Made by a program: the position numbers and the translations under genes. A DNA stretch of 63,972 nucleotides, filler included, from Chrysochromulina tobinii (taxonomy: Eukaryota), in the NCBI GenBank assembly GCA_001275005.1. It is 6 parts of 6 records of this genome, joined end to end, with 100 filler letters (N's around TTAATTAATTAA, not from the genome) between each part and the next. Parts side by side here need not be neighbours in the genome. Positions count along the whole stretch, not along the records: positions 31,162 to 54,418 come from JWZX01000796.1; 5 more parts are not named here. The stretch is one strand, 5' to 3'. The notes under the pieces are model-generated. The model was not told the origin of the DNA. It did not search any database and saw nothing but the letters and a program-made list of their open reading frames with translations. This document shows, piece after piece, positions 32,652 through 43,200 of the stretch; the stretch's first letter is position 1, and each line of letters begins with the position of its first letter.

Positions 32652-33320
32652 CTACTTTATCGGCGCGTGCTTCGACCAGAAGGCCACCGACTCCAAGTAC
32701 TTGGCTCGCTCCATCGGCACGCCGGATCCGCCCTCTTCTTTACCCAGGGCGTTGCGCATCATCGTGATCGGCTGCATCGGCAGCTCGTAGCCGACGTCCT
32801 GCGCCTTGATGGAGATAATGCCCCAGGGCGCTGTCGTGGGCTCCTCCTCTCGTCCCATCGCCGCCGCCTCTTTGTTGATCTGCTCCCGGCTGTAGAGGAT
32901 GATATCCATATACCTGGCAACCGTCGGCTCGTCAGCACCATCCTTTGGGAACCAGCGCGTCAGCACCGCGAGCTCTTGCTCCGTACGTGCCTCATAGCCC
33001 GAACGGAGGCGGCCCTCGTTCTCGGGCGTAACCACCAGGACGTTATTCTTGACCCCGGCAAAGTTGGGTACGAAGAGGTGTTTGCAAAAGGGTGCGTATC
33101 CGTCCACGAGCGGGTAGTCGCCGCTTGCGTACAGCTCGTTGATCTTGGCCTCAAACGCCTGCTTGTCATACTCAACCCGCGTGCCTTCGTATGCGATATT
33201 GGCGTCGAATTGCTTGAAGGCAAAAGGATCAATCACAAACATGGGTGGTGCCGACGTCATGACCAGGCAGGCCAATTTCGAGCGCAGGAGAGTCGATCGG
33301 AGCGCAGTCCTTGCGAGCAT
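32652..33320 (-). CDS. DUF3228 family (flagellar-associated) protein
   Basis: LVDGYAPFCKHLFVPNF, LRSGYEARTEQELAVLTRWF, DIILYSREQI.KE, WGIISIKAQ...ELPMQPITMMRNALGKEEGGSGVP. Confidence 0.88.
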   Translation of the reverse strand: MLARTALRSTLLRSKLACLVMTSAPPMFVIDPFAFKQFDANIAYEGTRVEYDKQAFEAKINELYASGDYPLVDGYAPFCKHLFVPNFAGVKNNVLVVTPENEGRLRSGYEARTEQELAVLTRWFPKDGADEPTVARYMDIILYSREQINKEAAAMGREEEPTTAPWGIISIKAQDVGYELPMQPITMMRNALGKEEGGSGVPMERAKYLESVAFWSKHAPIK

Positions 33321-33491
33321 GCACGGTCGGCGCGCGCTGCGCTCGTGTGAAAAGGTCAATAGGATTGAACGATTTGATCATTTGAATCACAAGTTCGTAC
33401 ATGTACGGAAGGGGAAGAGCTTGTCAAGTTGGACTGTTTTATGACAGTGCGTCATTCACAGCCAATGTTTATTGTCGACGACGGAAAGACG

Positions 33492-36313
33492 ATGTCCAGC
33501 ACGACCTTCCTCGCGGCGGCGGCGGAAATGTTGGGAAATGTACAGACACTGCCAGCGCCCCTAAGTGCGCTCACCGCCGGCGCACTTTTCGTGCCGCCAG
33601 CGCCCACCGCACTGCCGATACCCACCCTCGGCTTAAAGCCGAAAGGAAAGGCAAAGGCGCCTCCGCCTGCTGCGGCCGTGCAGCCCATCGCAGTGGACGA
33701 GCGTCGCTTGGCACCCGACGGCTACTATTACACGATTCAAGAGTTCTTTTCTTACTATGGAGGCTACGATGAGTGGCATTCGGCCGCACCTGAGTCTTCA
33801 GCAGCGCCCAAATATTCCCCGGCGCCACCACCGCAGCAGCCAATGCAGCCGCCGCAGGTGCTGCAGCCGAAACAGCCACCGCAGCCGAAGCAGCCACCGC
33901 AGCCGAAGCAGGCGGCGCCCGCTCCCGCTTCGGAGTCCTTGCGTTCGCGCAGCAAGCGCGGAGGCGGCCGCAGTGCGGCCACGCCGACCGGTGGCTCGCG
34001 CATGCACGACGACGGCACGGCGTACGAGGGGCCGTACATCCGGTTTGTGCGCAAGGGCACTGCCGACGTGAGCGACGACGAGGTAGAGCAGCCCGAGGAG
34101 GAGGGGGAGGAGCAGAGTGAGACGCTGCCCGAGAGCGTAACCGATCTGTTCCGTACCGCGCTCTCCATTCAACTGACGGCGACGAACCCGCTCGCCCCAC
34201 CCGACGCCCAACACGGCGCCTCGCACGATGCCCGGATGGGCGGGCCTGTGGTGGCGGAGGCGGAGGCGGAGGCGGAGGTGGATGTGGAGGCGGAGGCGGA
34301 GGCGGCGGCCAAGAGGCCATTAGGAAAGGAGGCATTGCTGCAGGTACGGCGCGAGGTGGCGCAAGGCGCGGCGCTCGACGAGACGACTTCGATTGGATAC
34401 CAGATGCTGATGCGGATGGGATGGATCGAGGGGCAGGGGCTGGGACGGCACGGCAAGGGCGCTGTGCTTCCAGTGGCCGTGCGCACGATGCGCCTGCTCG
34501 AGGGCGTCGGGCTCGGATGTGACAAGGGGCTGCCTGAGGCCAAGGTCTTCTCGAAGAATGTAGAGGAGCGCATCACCGAGTTCCTCTCCGACCCGAGCTC
34601 GGCCGAGCTCGCATTCAATCCCGATCTGAGCAAGGCAGATCGAGCTCTCGTGCACACACTCGCGCAGAAACACAATCTGAAGCACCAGAGCAGTGGCAAG
34701 GGTGATGAGCGCTTCATCACGGTGTACAAGCGCACGCACGTGCCCTCGGCCGAGGCGGCGCGTATGAACGAGCATGCCGTCGAGGAGCAGGTGCAGTTGC
34801 GATGATTGCACACTGATGACCTCTCTGAGAAAGACCGTGATTGCATCTCTGAAGGGCCAACTGGATTGCTGCTCACTGCATCGTCACCGGATTGCCTCGT
34901 GTCATGATTGCCTCGCTCATCACGATTACCTCATCCTGATTGCCTCGCTCATCATGATTGCCTCGTGTACGTCCACAGTACAAGGCCGTCCTTGCGATGG
35001 GGTATGGGAACCAAAATAGGGGCGTCGGGCTCGGTTTCGGCGCCACGGGCGGCGCGCGCAACTATTCTGCGGCGCCGCCGCCCAAGAGCCTTCTAAAACA
35101 GTGCCGCGAACAGCAGGCGGGGCTGGGGCCAGCGGCGGCAGAGAAGGCCGCCACCGAGCGCAGGGCCGCCGACGAGGCCGCGACCGTTGTGCGCCGTAGG
35201 GCGGCAGCCGGTTCCTGCGTGGCCGGAGGCGCCGGGAGTGCCGCCGCCGAATGCAGTGGAGCGGCTACGGCGTCTACCACCTCATTCCTAGCGGCGGCGG
35301 CGGAGATGTTGGCCGCCGCCGGGTCCTCGCTGCCGCCCTCCGCGCAAGCGCCCGCATTCCCCGCGCCCCCCTCCCTCCCCCCTCCTCGTGCCGGTACGGC
35401 TGCTGCGGCCGCCGCCGCGCCGCCCGCAGAATCGCCCAAGGCCGGCGTCATCTCGATGTGGATCTCGACGCTGCTGGGCGCCTCTTCCCAATTTTCGGCC
35501 TCGGACCACTCTGCCAGGCAGCTCTTGGGCGCGCCCGCAGTCTTTCCCCACTCGGGCACAAGTGCAAAGGCATGGTCGGCGGTTCCACGTCCAGGTGAGT
35601 CGCTCGAATGGGTGCGGGTCGCGTTCAAGCGTGCAGTCTACCCAACCGCCATTAGCATACTTGAGACGTCCAACCCGGGAAGCATCGTCGCCATCCGCGG
35701 CACCGATCGGCCTAAGGGCGCCCAGGCGGCGGACTCGGACTGGTTCGTCCTCTGGGCAGGCAGCGTCGAGTACCCCGATGTGCCGTGCCGGGAGTTCCGC
35801 CCGCCGCTGCGCCCGGGCTGTGGGGAACGGCTCGTGAGCGCCCTCGAGGTCAGCCTGGACACTCGAGACTGGACCGCCGAGTGGTGGAGCGAGATCGATG
35901 CGATCCGCCTCGAAGGAGTGCCCCCTGAGGGTGCGACCGGCGCGGCGGCTCTCGCTCGCTCAGCACCAGCTCTTGCGACTGGCGTCGTCGCGGGCACTCC
36001 GCTCAAGAGCAGCGTGTGTGTGGTGCCCTGGCTGCCACGACAGCTGTGGGAATCCGATCGCGCGTATGAGAGCCGCGTGCGCTTCGACGTGGCCCGATTT
36101 GGGCCCGCGCCGCCACAGAGCGAGTCGGAGGGCATGCGCCGTGCCGCCCTGTCGATGGTGATGGCCAATTCCACCGAACTCGGCTGCGTGTACCCGGCCG
36201 AAGTGCACGCGTCCATTGAAGATCGTCAGGGTGAGGCGAGGGCGGCCGCCTCAGGCATGGCCGTCGAGGGCCAGAGGCGGGCAGAGGCGGAGCAGCGGCG
36301 GATGGCCCAATGA
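33492..36313 (+). CDS. NKRF-like G-patch / R3H / FBXL4-like beta-sandwich / XTBD protein (2 exons; intron 34791-34978; ~877 aa)
   Basis: G-patch SIGYQMLMRMGWIEGQGLG...GLG; R3H LAFNPDLSKADRALVHTLAQKHNLKHQSSGKGDERFITV. The phase-0 intron CAG|GTGCAG...CCACAG|TAC joins both track ORFs in frame. C-terminal RQLWESDRAYESRVRF...ALSMVMANSTELGCVYP matches the XTBD pattern. Confidence 0.75.
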
Positions 36314-37059
36314 TGATCGAACGGACGCGCGCAGGAGATATGCGGGGAGTTGGTGCACCAACCTTCTCCGGTGGGCGAGCAGGCCCGAGAATGTAAGGTC
36401 GCGAGCGAGCAGGCGCGAGAGAAAAGCGGACGTGATCTCCGCCCGAAAGTACTGCCTCTATGGCTGCCTCATGGGCACCCTCATGCTCTGCCTGAGTGTA
36501 TTGGCTATTGGACTGCATCTTCAATGGGACTGATCTCTCGTCAACACGGACATCTCTTAGATGTGGTCATTCGGGACCTATCGGGACCGTCAGCACGATC
36601 GTCGTCTTCGCGCCCTTCCGCGAGACTGCCGACTCGGTCGGAACGGCCACTGACAAGCCTCGCCTCCGAAGCTTTCCGAAGCCCGCAGCCCGCGCGGGCC
36701 GGCGCCGGCGGGACGCGGTAGCCCGGGGACCGAACACGCGCGCGGTCGCGGAGGGCGACAGAAGGCGGAAGCGACAGAAGCGAGAAGGCGTTTAAGGGCC
36801 GATACGGAACGGAGAAGGCGGCGGCGTGAAATACCCACCCACGCGGTACGGCGCTCGGCTACGCCCGCTACGGCCTACGGGGCGGCTCGGCTCGACGCGG
36901 CAGCGACACGGTACACAGCTGTTAAGGAGCTTTCAGCCGTTAATGTGAAATGTCATCCGTCTCGTTTGTTCACTGTGAACGAAGAAAGCCCCGTCAGCGA
37001 TCTAGCGTCGCGATAATCCTATCCGGATAAGCATGAAAAAACTGTCCTCAAGCTCACGC

Positions 37060-38460
37060 TTATAGCGTCGCTTTGACGGGGAGCGCACTCCCCGCATGGC
37101 AGTGGCAAATGCCCGACTCGCGCGACACCTTCGCCTTGCGCGCCACCACAATCTTGCCACAGGCGCATCGGTGGCTGGCATCAAAGGCGGCGAGGGCCTC
37201 GTCCGTCATGGTACGCGTACAACGTGGGCAGTCGCACGAGAAGCCCCATGGATCCCTCGTCTCCGTCGAGCCGCCCTCAAACGAGCGCACGTAGCTGTAC
37301 GTCAGCTCCTCCCCGCACCGAATGTCTCGCAACGATTCGAAGACGAGAGCATCGCCCGCCGCCGTCGCCGCGCAATTCGGTACGCAAGAGTGATTGAAGA
37401 GGGATGCTTGGGGATATGTGAGGTGCCCTACGATGTTCTCTTCGGGGTCAAAGAGATGAAACGAATTGCACGCCTCACCGCTGAGCAGACGCAGCGCTTC
37501 CAGAGCACACGGGATGAGACGGCCGCATTGAAGACGCGCGAGCCGCACCGCATTCCGGTGCAAGCTCAAGGTCCTCTCACGGGCCGCTCGTTCCTCTGCT
37601 GTATGGCAGTCAGCTGCCTCGCACTGCCCGAGTGCCTCTGCAAACGAAGGCGTCCTTCGCCACTCGCCATCGAGAATCGTGGGCACTACCCCAACGTGCT
37701 GGATGGCGGAGATGGCGGAGGCGGCGGAAGCGGCGGAAGCGGCGGAGGCGGCGGAGGCGGCGGAGGCGGCGGAGGCGGCGGAGGCGGCGGAGGCGGCGGA
37801 GGCGGCGGAGGCGGCGGAGGCGGCGGAGGCGACAGGGGCGGCGGGGGCGGTGGACGCGGTGGACGCGGTGGACGCGGTGGACGCGGTGGACGCGGTGGAC
37901 GCGGTGGACGCGGCGGCGCGGCGCGCACGACGCCCCGCCTCTGCGCCGCGCGGAGCCGCACACTCTTCTGCCCAACGGCGAGCAAACGCGCGAAGCAGGT
38001 ACGTGGCCGTGCTCAGCTCGTAATCACCATACTTGCCAGGCTTCATCGCCGCCAGCCGCTGCAAGCCGGCGCAGCATAGCTGATGCCCACGCTGCTGCGC
38101 GAGCTGGCGGCACTCTGCACTGCAGTACGAGTCCGGACAGCCGGTGCACTTCTCCGCGAGCGAAGGTCCGAAGAGCAGGCAAGACGAGCAAATCTCTGGG
38201 GCTTGTGGTTTGGTGTACCGTGGGTAGCGCTGAGCCTCGCTGCGGTAGAGGGTGTGCTCATACGATCGGAACGTGCACAGAGTTTCGCCTGCTCCAATAG
38301 CACGCAGGGCAATGAGTCCACGGCCACGGCCTTCAATCTCTCGCGCCACGAAGGGGCACGACATCGTCTCCACCGACTCGCGCGCGTCGCCTCCTCGGCC
38401 CAGCACGGCGTCGTTGCGTCGTTGCTCACTGCCGTCCTCTTCCATCGTGGAGTCTGCCAT
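37060..38460 (-). CDS. SET and MYND domain (SMYD-like) lysine methyltransferase
   Basis: GRGRGLIA.R.I.AGE; MYND CSSC...CTGC..YCSAEC...H..C; ASLFNHSCVPNC; GEELTYSY; post-SET FSCDCPRC. Confidence 0.88.
   Translation of the reverse strand: MADSTMEEDGSEQRRNDAVLGRGGDARESVETMSCPFVAREIEGRGRGLIALRAIGAGETLCTFRSYEHTLYRSEAQRYPRYTKPQAPEICSSCLLFGPSLAEKCTGCPDSYCSAECRQLAQQRGHQLCCAGLQRLAAMKPGKYGDYELSTATYLLRAFARRWAEECAAPRGAEAGRRARRAAASTASTASTASTASTASTASTAPAAPVASAASAASAASAASAASAASAASAASAASAASAASAASAISAIQHVGVVPTILDGEWRRTPSFAEALGQCEAADCHTAEERAARERTLSLHRNAVRLARLQCGRLIPCALEALRLLSGEACNSFHLFDPEENIVGHLTYPQASLFNHSCVPNCAATAAGDALVFESLRDIRCGEELTYSYVRSFEGGSTETRDPWGFSCDCPRCTRTMTDEALAAFDASHRCACGKIVVARKAKVSRESGICHCHAGSALPVKATL
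37707..37915. repeat. Compound 9-bp coding minisatellites (GGCGGCGGA)n and (GGTGGACGC)n
   Basis: Visible directly; encode (ASA)n and (AST)n in the SMYD frame. Confidence 0.92.
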
Positions 38461-38584
38461 TCATATGAATGCACACAATTCACAGACCATGGATTTACAG
38501 TAATCGACACCCAAGAGACCGGACCGGCGTAGGCCAAGTCCGGTGCGTTCACACTTCATACTTTGCATTTTCACAGGCCGTTCC

Positions 38585-39662
38585 ATGGGCTGCGGGGCTT
38601 CGAACGCTGCTCCCGACAGGCTTTCCAAGGAGCCGGTTACGGTCGATCTTGGCACACTTCAGGCAGACGATGCCATAGATCCGGGCGACGACATTGGAAA
38701 GGCTGCAGCCATCACCTTCTCCTTTTCTCCGCCAGCCGGCGCTGCTCGAAAGGTGAACCTCTTTTCCCACTGAACTACGCGTTCGTGTCTCCTGCTCACG
38801 GCTTTCTGTTCGCCTCCTAATTTTGCAGTCGAGCATACATAAAATGTCAGCGGAGGAACCTGCTGGCTTGCTGCTGCAACGTGGTGGACAAACAAGCGTG
38901 ATGTCGAATGTGGACCTCGGCCAGTTGCACGCGGAGCTCAAGAAGCTGGGCGTCGACAAGTCGGTGACGGAGCAGGACTTCAGCAAAGCGCTGAAAGCGC
39001 TTTTGGCGGGAGCGGACACGCCGAGCGATGACGTGATCAAGGCGCTCTATCGGGCGTTTGACACGGACGGCTCTGGCCAGGTAGACGAAGCTGAGCTCAT
39101 CGCCGGTTGCACACAGCTGTGCTCGGGCGATCCCACGACGAAGCTGCGGCTGGCCTTCGCGTGCTTTGATAAGGACGGCGACGGGCACCTTGACCCTCAA
39201 GAGCTGAGTGCGCTGCTGCGGGGCACGATTGCGCCCGCCGTCTCAGCTCTGCACTCGGCTGTAGACTTCGCCTCCTTCAGCGCGGACGAGAGCGGCGCGA
39301 ACCTCGACGAGATCAACAACGAGGCGGGCGGCGCGGCCTCGCTCTCCAAGGCTGGCGAGGAGGGCAAGGTGCGCATCGAGCTCAAGACCCCTGTGGGGGC
39401 GGTCACGATCTTCGTGCCCTCCGCTGCCCTGAGTGGCGACGCAATCGGCGGCCAGGGTAGCGCCATCTCTCTCGATCAATTCCTCAAAGCACTCGTCGAC
39501 GGGGCGATGTCCAAGTACGACACCGACAAGAATGGGACACTCGAGTCGGACGAGTTTGTGAGCTTTGCAGCCGCCAACCCTTTCTTGACGGCGTGGTTTG
39601 GGCGGCTCGCTTCCAAGCGTTCCAAGGGAAGCGGGCAGAGTTGGAAGGATGTAGACCCATGA
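38585..39662 (+). CDS. N-acylated EF-hand calcium sensor, calcineurin-B/recoverin-like (intron 38753-38828)
   Basis: MGCGAS myristoylation/palmitoylation-type start; AAG|GTGAAC...TTTGCAG|TCG is in frame; EF loops DTDGSGQVDEAE, DKDGDGHLDPQE and DTDKNGTLESDE. Confidence 0.85.
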
Positions 39663-40200
39663 CCCGCGGCCGCGGCGGCGGCGCTCGAACAGTAGACGAG
39701 CGGAGGGGTGGAGGTGTAGAGCTGAGTGAGAGGCGTCACTACGGCGTGCTGAGAGGTAGCTACCCTGACGGAGTGTTACAACATTTTTACAACATGGTGC
39801 TCACATGCGATGTGAGGCTGTTAGATGTTAGTAATCATTTCGACGCCGCTCGCCGGCGCGAGCCCGAGCGCGCCCGCGCGCGCCGGCGGCGCGGCCGCGG
39901 GGCCGGAATACCGCACAGTCACGATACACAGCCGTTACAGGCTCAACAGACAACACCCCGGCACGCTCGACGCTGCCGAATCGTCACACGCCCGTGGAAT
40001 TCACACCGCAAACGAACTTTGACGCGCAAATTGCATGCCAGCTCGGGCCTTCGGGGGGCATGGCGGGGCGCCGGGGCCCCACCGATTCCGACCCACAGAC
40101 CGACGAACCGCTCATACCGTGACACCTTCCGCCGTCCGTCCGTCCGTGCGACCAACCGTGGACTGACCGCCGCCCGACCGCCCGACCGTCAACTATGGAT

Positions 40201-43200
40201 TCATCGCGGATTCATCGCGGCCAGCAGGGCCTCCTGCCACTTGTCGAAGTTGGTCTTGGTGCTCGGGTCGACTGAGAGCGCGGTCCCGGACGTGACGATA
40301 CGGAAGCTGAAGTCGCTCGGCTTCTCGGGGAAATCACGCTTGATCTCAATGATATGGCGCACGTCGAGCGTGCCACTCAGCTTCAGGCCCTTCGCCTTGG
40401 GCTTGCCATCATACCAGGCGAGCAGCCCATCGCGCCGAAGGGCGAAGAAGCGTAACGCTAAGCCGTAGAGCTTGCCCTTCGAGTGAGACCAGCCACAGAA
40501 CGCGATCGCATCGTCGGCACTAAGGGACGCAACGTCGGCCTTGGCCGCCGGTTGGGCGAGGGGTTTGGCCGGAGGCTTGGGTTTCGACAGAACCTGGCTC
40601 AAGCTGGCTGAGTCTGGCGCAGGCTTCGGCGGCGGCGGCGGCGGTGGCACGGGCTCAACAGGCGCCACAGGCGCCTGAGCAGGTGGTGGCGATGTGACCT
40701 CGGCAGGCGTGTCGACAGGTACTGCGACGGGTGCTTCGGCGAAGGCGAAGGAAGCGGGCGCGGCGCCAAAGAATGACTCTCCACGCAGAAGAGGAGCTGG
40801 CTTTTTAGCGGACAGGGGAGCCGGCTGTACAACTACCATCGGCGCGGCGTTGAAGGGCGCGGCATCGAACGGAACCGGCGCTTCGTCAAAGGGCGCGGCA
40901 TCGAACGAAGCTGGCGCTTCGTTAAAGGGCGCGGCATCGAACGAAGCCGGCGCTTCGTCAAAGGGCGCGACATCGAACGAAGCCGGCGCTTCGTCAAAGC
41001 GCGCGGCATCGAACGAAGCCGGCGCTTCGTCAAAGCGCGCGGCATCGAACGAAGCCGGCGCTTCGTCAAAGCGCGCGGCATCGAACGAAGCCGGCGCTTC
41101 GTCAAAGCGCGCGGCATCGAACGAAGCCGGCGCTTCGTCAAAGCGCGCGGCATCGAACGAAGCCGGCGCTTCGTCAAAGCGCGCGGCATCGAAGGCGGGA
41201 CCAGGCGCGAGGTTCATCGGCGCCGGCGACTCCGCGTGGACGTCGGTGAACTCATGGAGCGGGAACGGCGACGGCATGGCCGCTGTGAACGGCGACGGCA
41301 TGCCCGCTGTGCTGTCGACAGAGTCGAAGGATGCTGGCGCGGCGTCGAAGGCGGCAGCGGGCGCGGCGGCAAAAGCATTGGGCGCGGTATCGAAAGAGAC
41401 GGGCGTAGAATCCAAGGTTGCAGGCGCGGCGTCGAAAGAAGCAGGCATGCCTGCAAAGGCAGCAGGCGGGACGCCGAAGGCGGAGCCGCCATCGCCGAAG
41501 CTGTCGTCAAAAGCATCGCCGCCCAAGGCACTGTTACCGCCGTCGCCGGCAGCCGACGGAAGCTCCGCGTCACTCCACCGAGCACTGCTGCTGAAGGTGT
41601 TGTCGCTCAGCATGCTCACGAACGAAGTGTCGCCCAGCAAGTCGCCGGACGAGCCGAAACCCAAGATGGGCGGGAAAGCGCTTGGCTCGGTGCCCGACCC
41701 TTCGGGCGTCATCGGCGCCACCGAACTCTCCTCGAGCTCATCGCCGAAGGCCGAGGTAGGCTCCGCGCCCGCCGGCTCCGACTCCGAGATAGACTCCGAG
41801 ATAGACTCTGAGATACGCTTCGCCGCTGGCGCCGCTGGCTCCGACTCCGAGATAGACTCCGAGATAGACTCCGAGATAGGCTCCGCCGCTGGCGCCGCTG
41901 GCTCCGACTCCGAGATAGACTCCGAGATAGGCTCCGAGATAGGCTCCGCCGCTGGCGCCGCTGGCTCCGACTCCGGCCCCACAGCCAGCTCCGGACTCGA
42001 CTCGACGGGGGCACCCGGAAGAGCAAAATCCAGTCCCTCTACGGCGCTCATCTCGGCGCTCAGCAGACCCTCCACGGGGGGCTCGTCACGCTCTGTATCG
42101 CCCGCACCGACCACTTGCCAGCCGCGACCGAGGCGCACCTGCACGCGCGTCGGAAACGGCTCCTCGGCCGCGGCCTGGACGGGCACGTCCTTCTCAGTGT
42201 GAACGTCCTTCGTGCCGTCCTCTTTCACACCGAGGCGCGCCTGCTGCTCCTCTGTGTACACGGCCGCGGTCCAGCCACCCATGTCCTTCGTGCCCACTGG
42301 CCGCTCGAGCTCGCCACGCGTCCAGGAAGGGCCGAGAGCGCCGCACAAGATCGATTCGGGTTCAGGAGTTGTCTCTTCCGATACTGCAGCCACCGTCACC
42401 TCCTCCGGCGCCTCCTCCTCCGTCCCCGCTGCCGCCTCCTCGGCAGCCTCCTCGGCAGCCTCCTCGGCAGCCTCCTCGGCAGCCTCCTCGGCAGCCTCTT
42501 CGGCAGCCTCCTTCTCCTCCACAGTCTCCTTCTCCTCCTCCTCCTCCTTCTCCACGGCCTCCTTCTCCTCCTCCATCTCCTCCACAGTCTCGTCCACCGT
42601 CTCGCCCTCCTCTACGGTCTCCTCCACAGTTTCACCCTCCTCCTCCTCCACGGCCTTCTGCATGGCGGCGTGCAGAGCGGCCTCTTCATTCGGTGCAAGG
42701 CGGCGTACGACGACGACGGGCTGCTCCATCGCCATATTCGGTGGTTCCGGCGCCGCCTCGTGCTCTGTGGGCGGATCTTCTGCTGCTGCTACCTTTGCTT
42801 CTGCTGATGCTGCTGCTACCTTCGCTGCTGCTGATGCTGCTGCTGCTGCTGCCTGCTCCTCGCGCAGCGCGTATTGGACATACTCGGCCAGGTCCACAGT
42901 GCCACTGCCATCGAGGTCGAGGCGTAAGAAGAGCTCCTTGAGCTCCTTCTCCGTCGGGTCCGGCAAGCTTTCTTTCGCGCATCGCTCCTCGTGCATCTGT
43001 CTGAACTCATCGAAGTCGAGCGTTGTCGTGTCGTCGGCATCTGCTTGCATAAACTCGTCTAAGCGGTTCTTGATTTTGCGCTTGAAGTCGCCCTTCGCCG
43101 CGGGCTGCGCCTTCGTACCCGCCGCCTCCGCCGTCCCCGGCGCCGCCTCCTCCATCCCTGGCGCCGCCTCCGCCGTCCCCGGCGCCGCCTCGTCCATCCA

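Noticed and set aside
40845..41195. 36-bp repeats as a CRISPR array
   Set aside because: Head-to-tail with no unique spacers, in frame inside a CDS, eukaryotic context, no cas genes.
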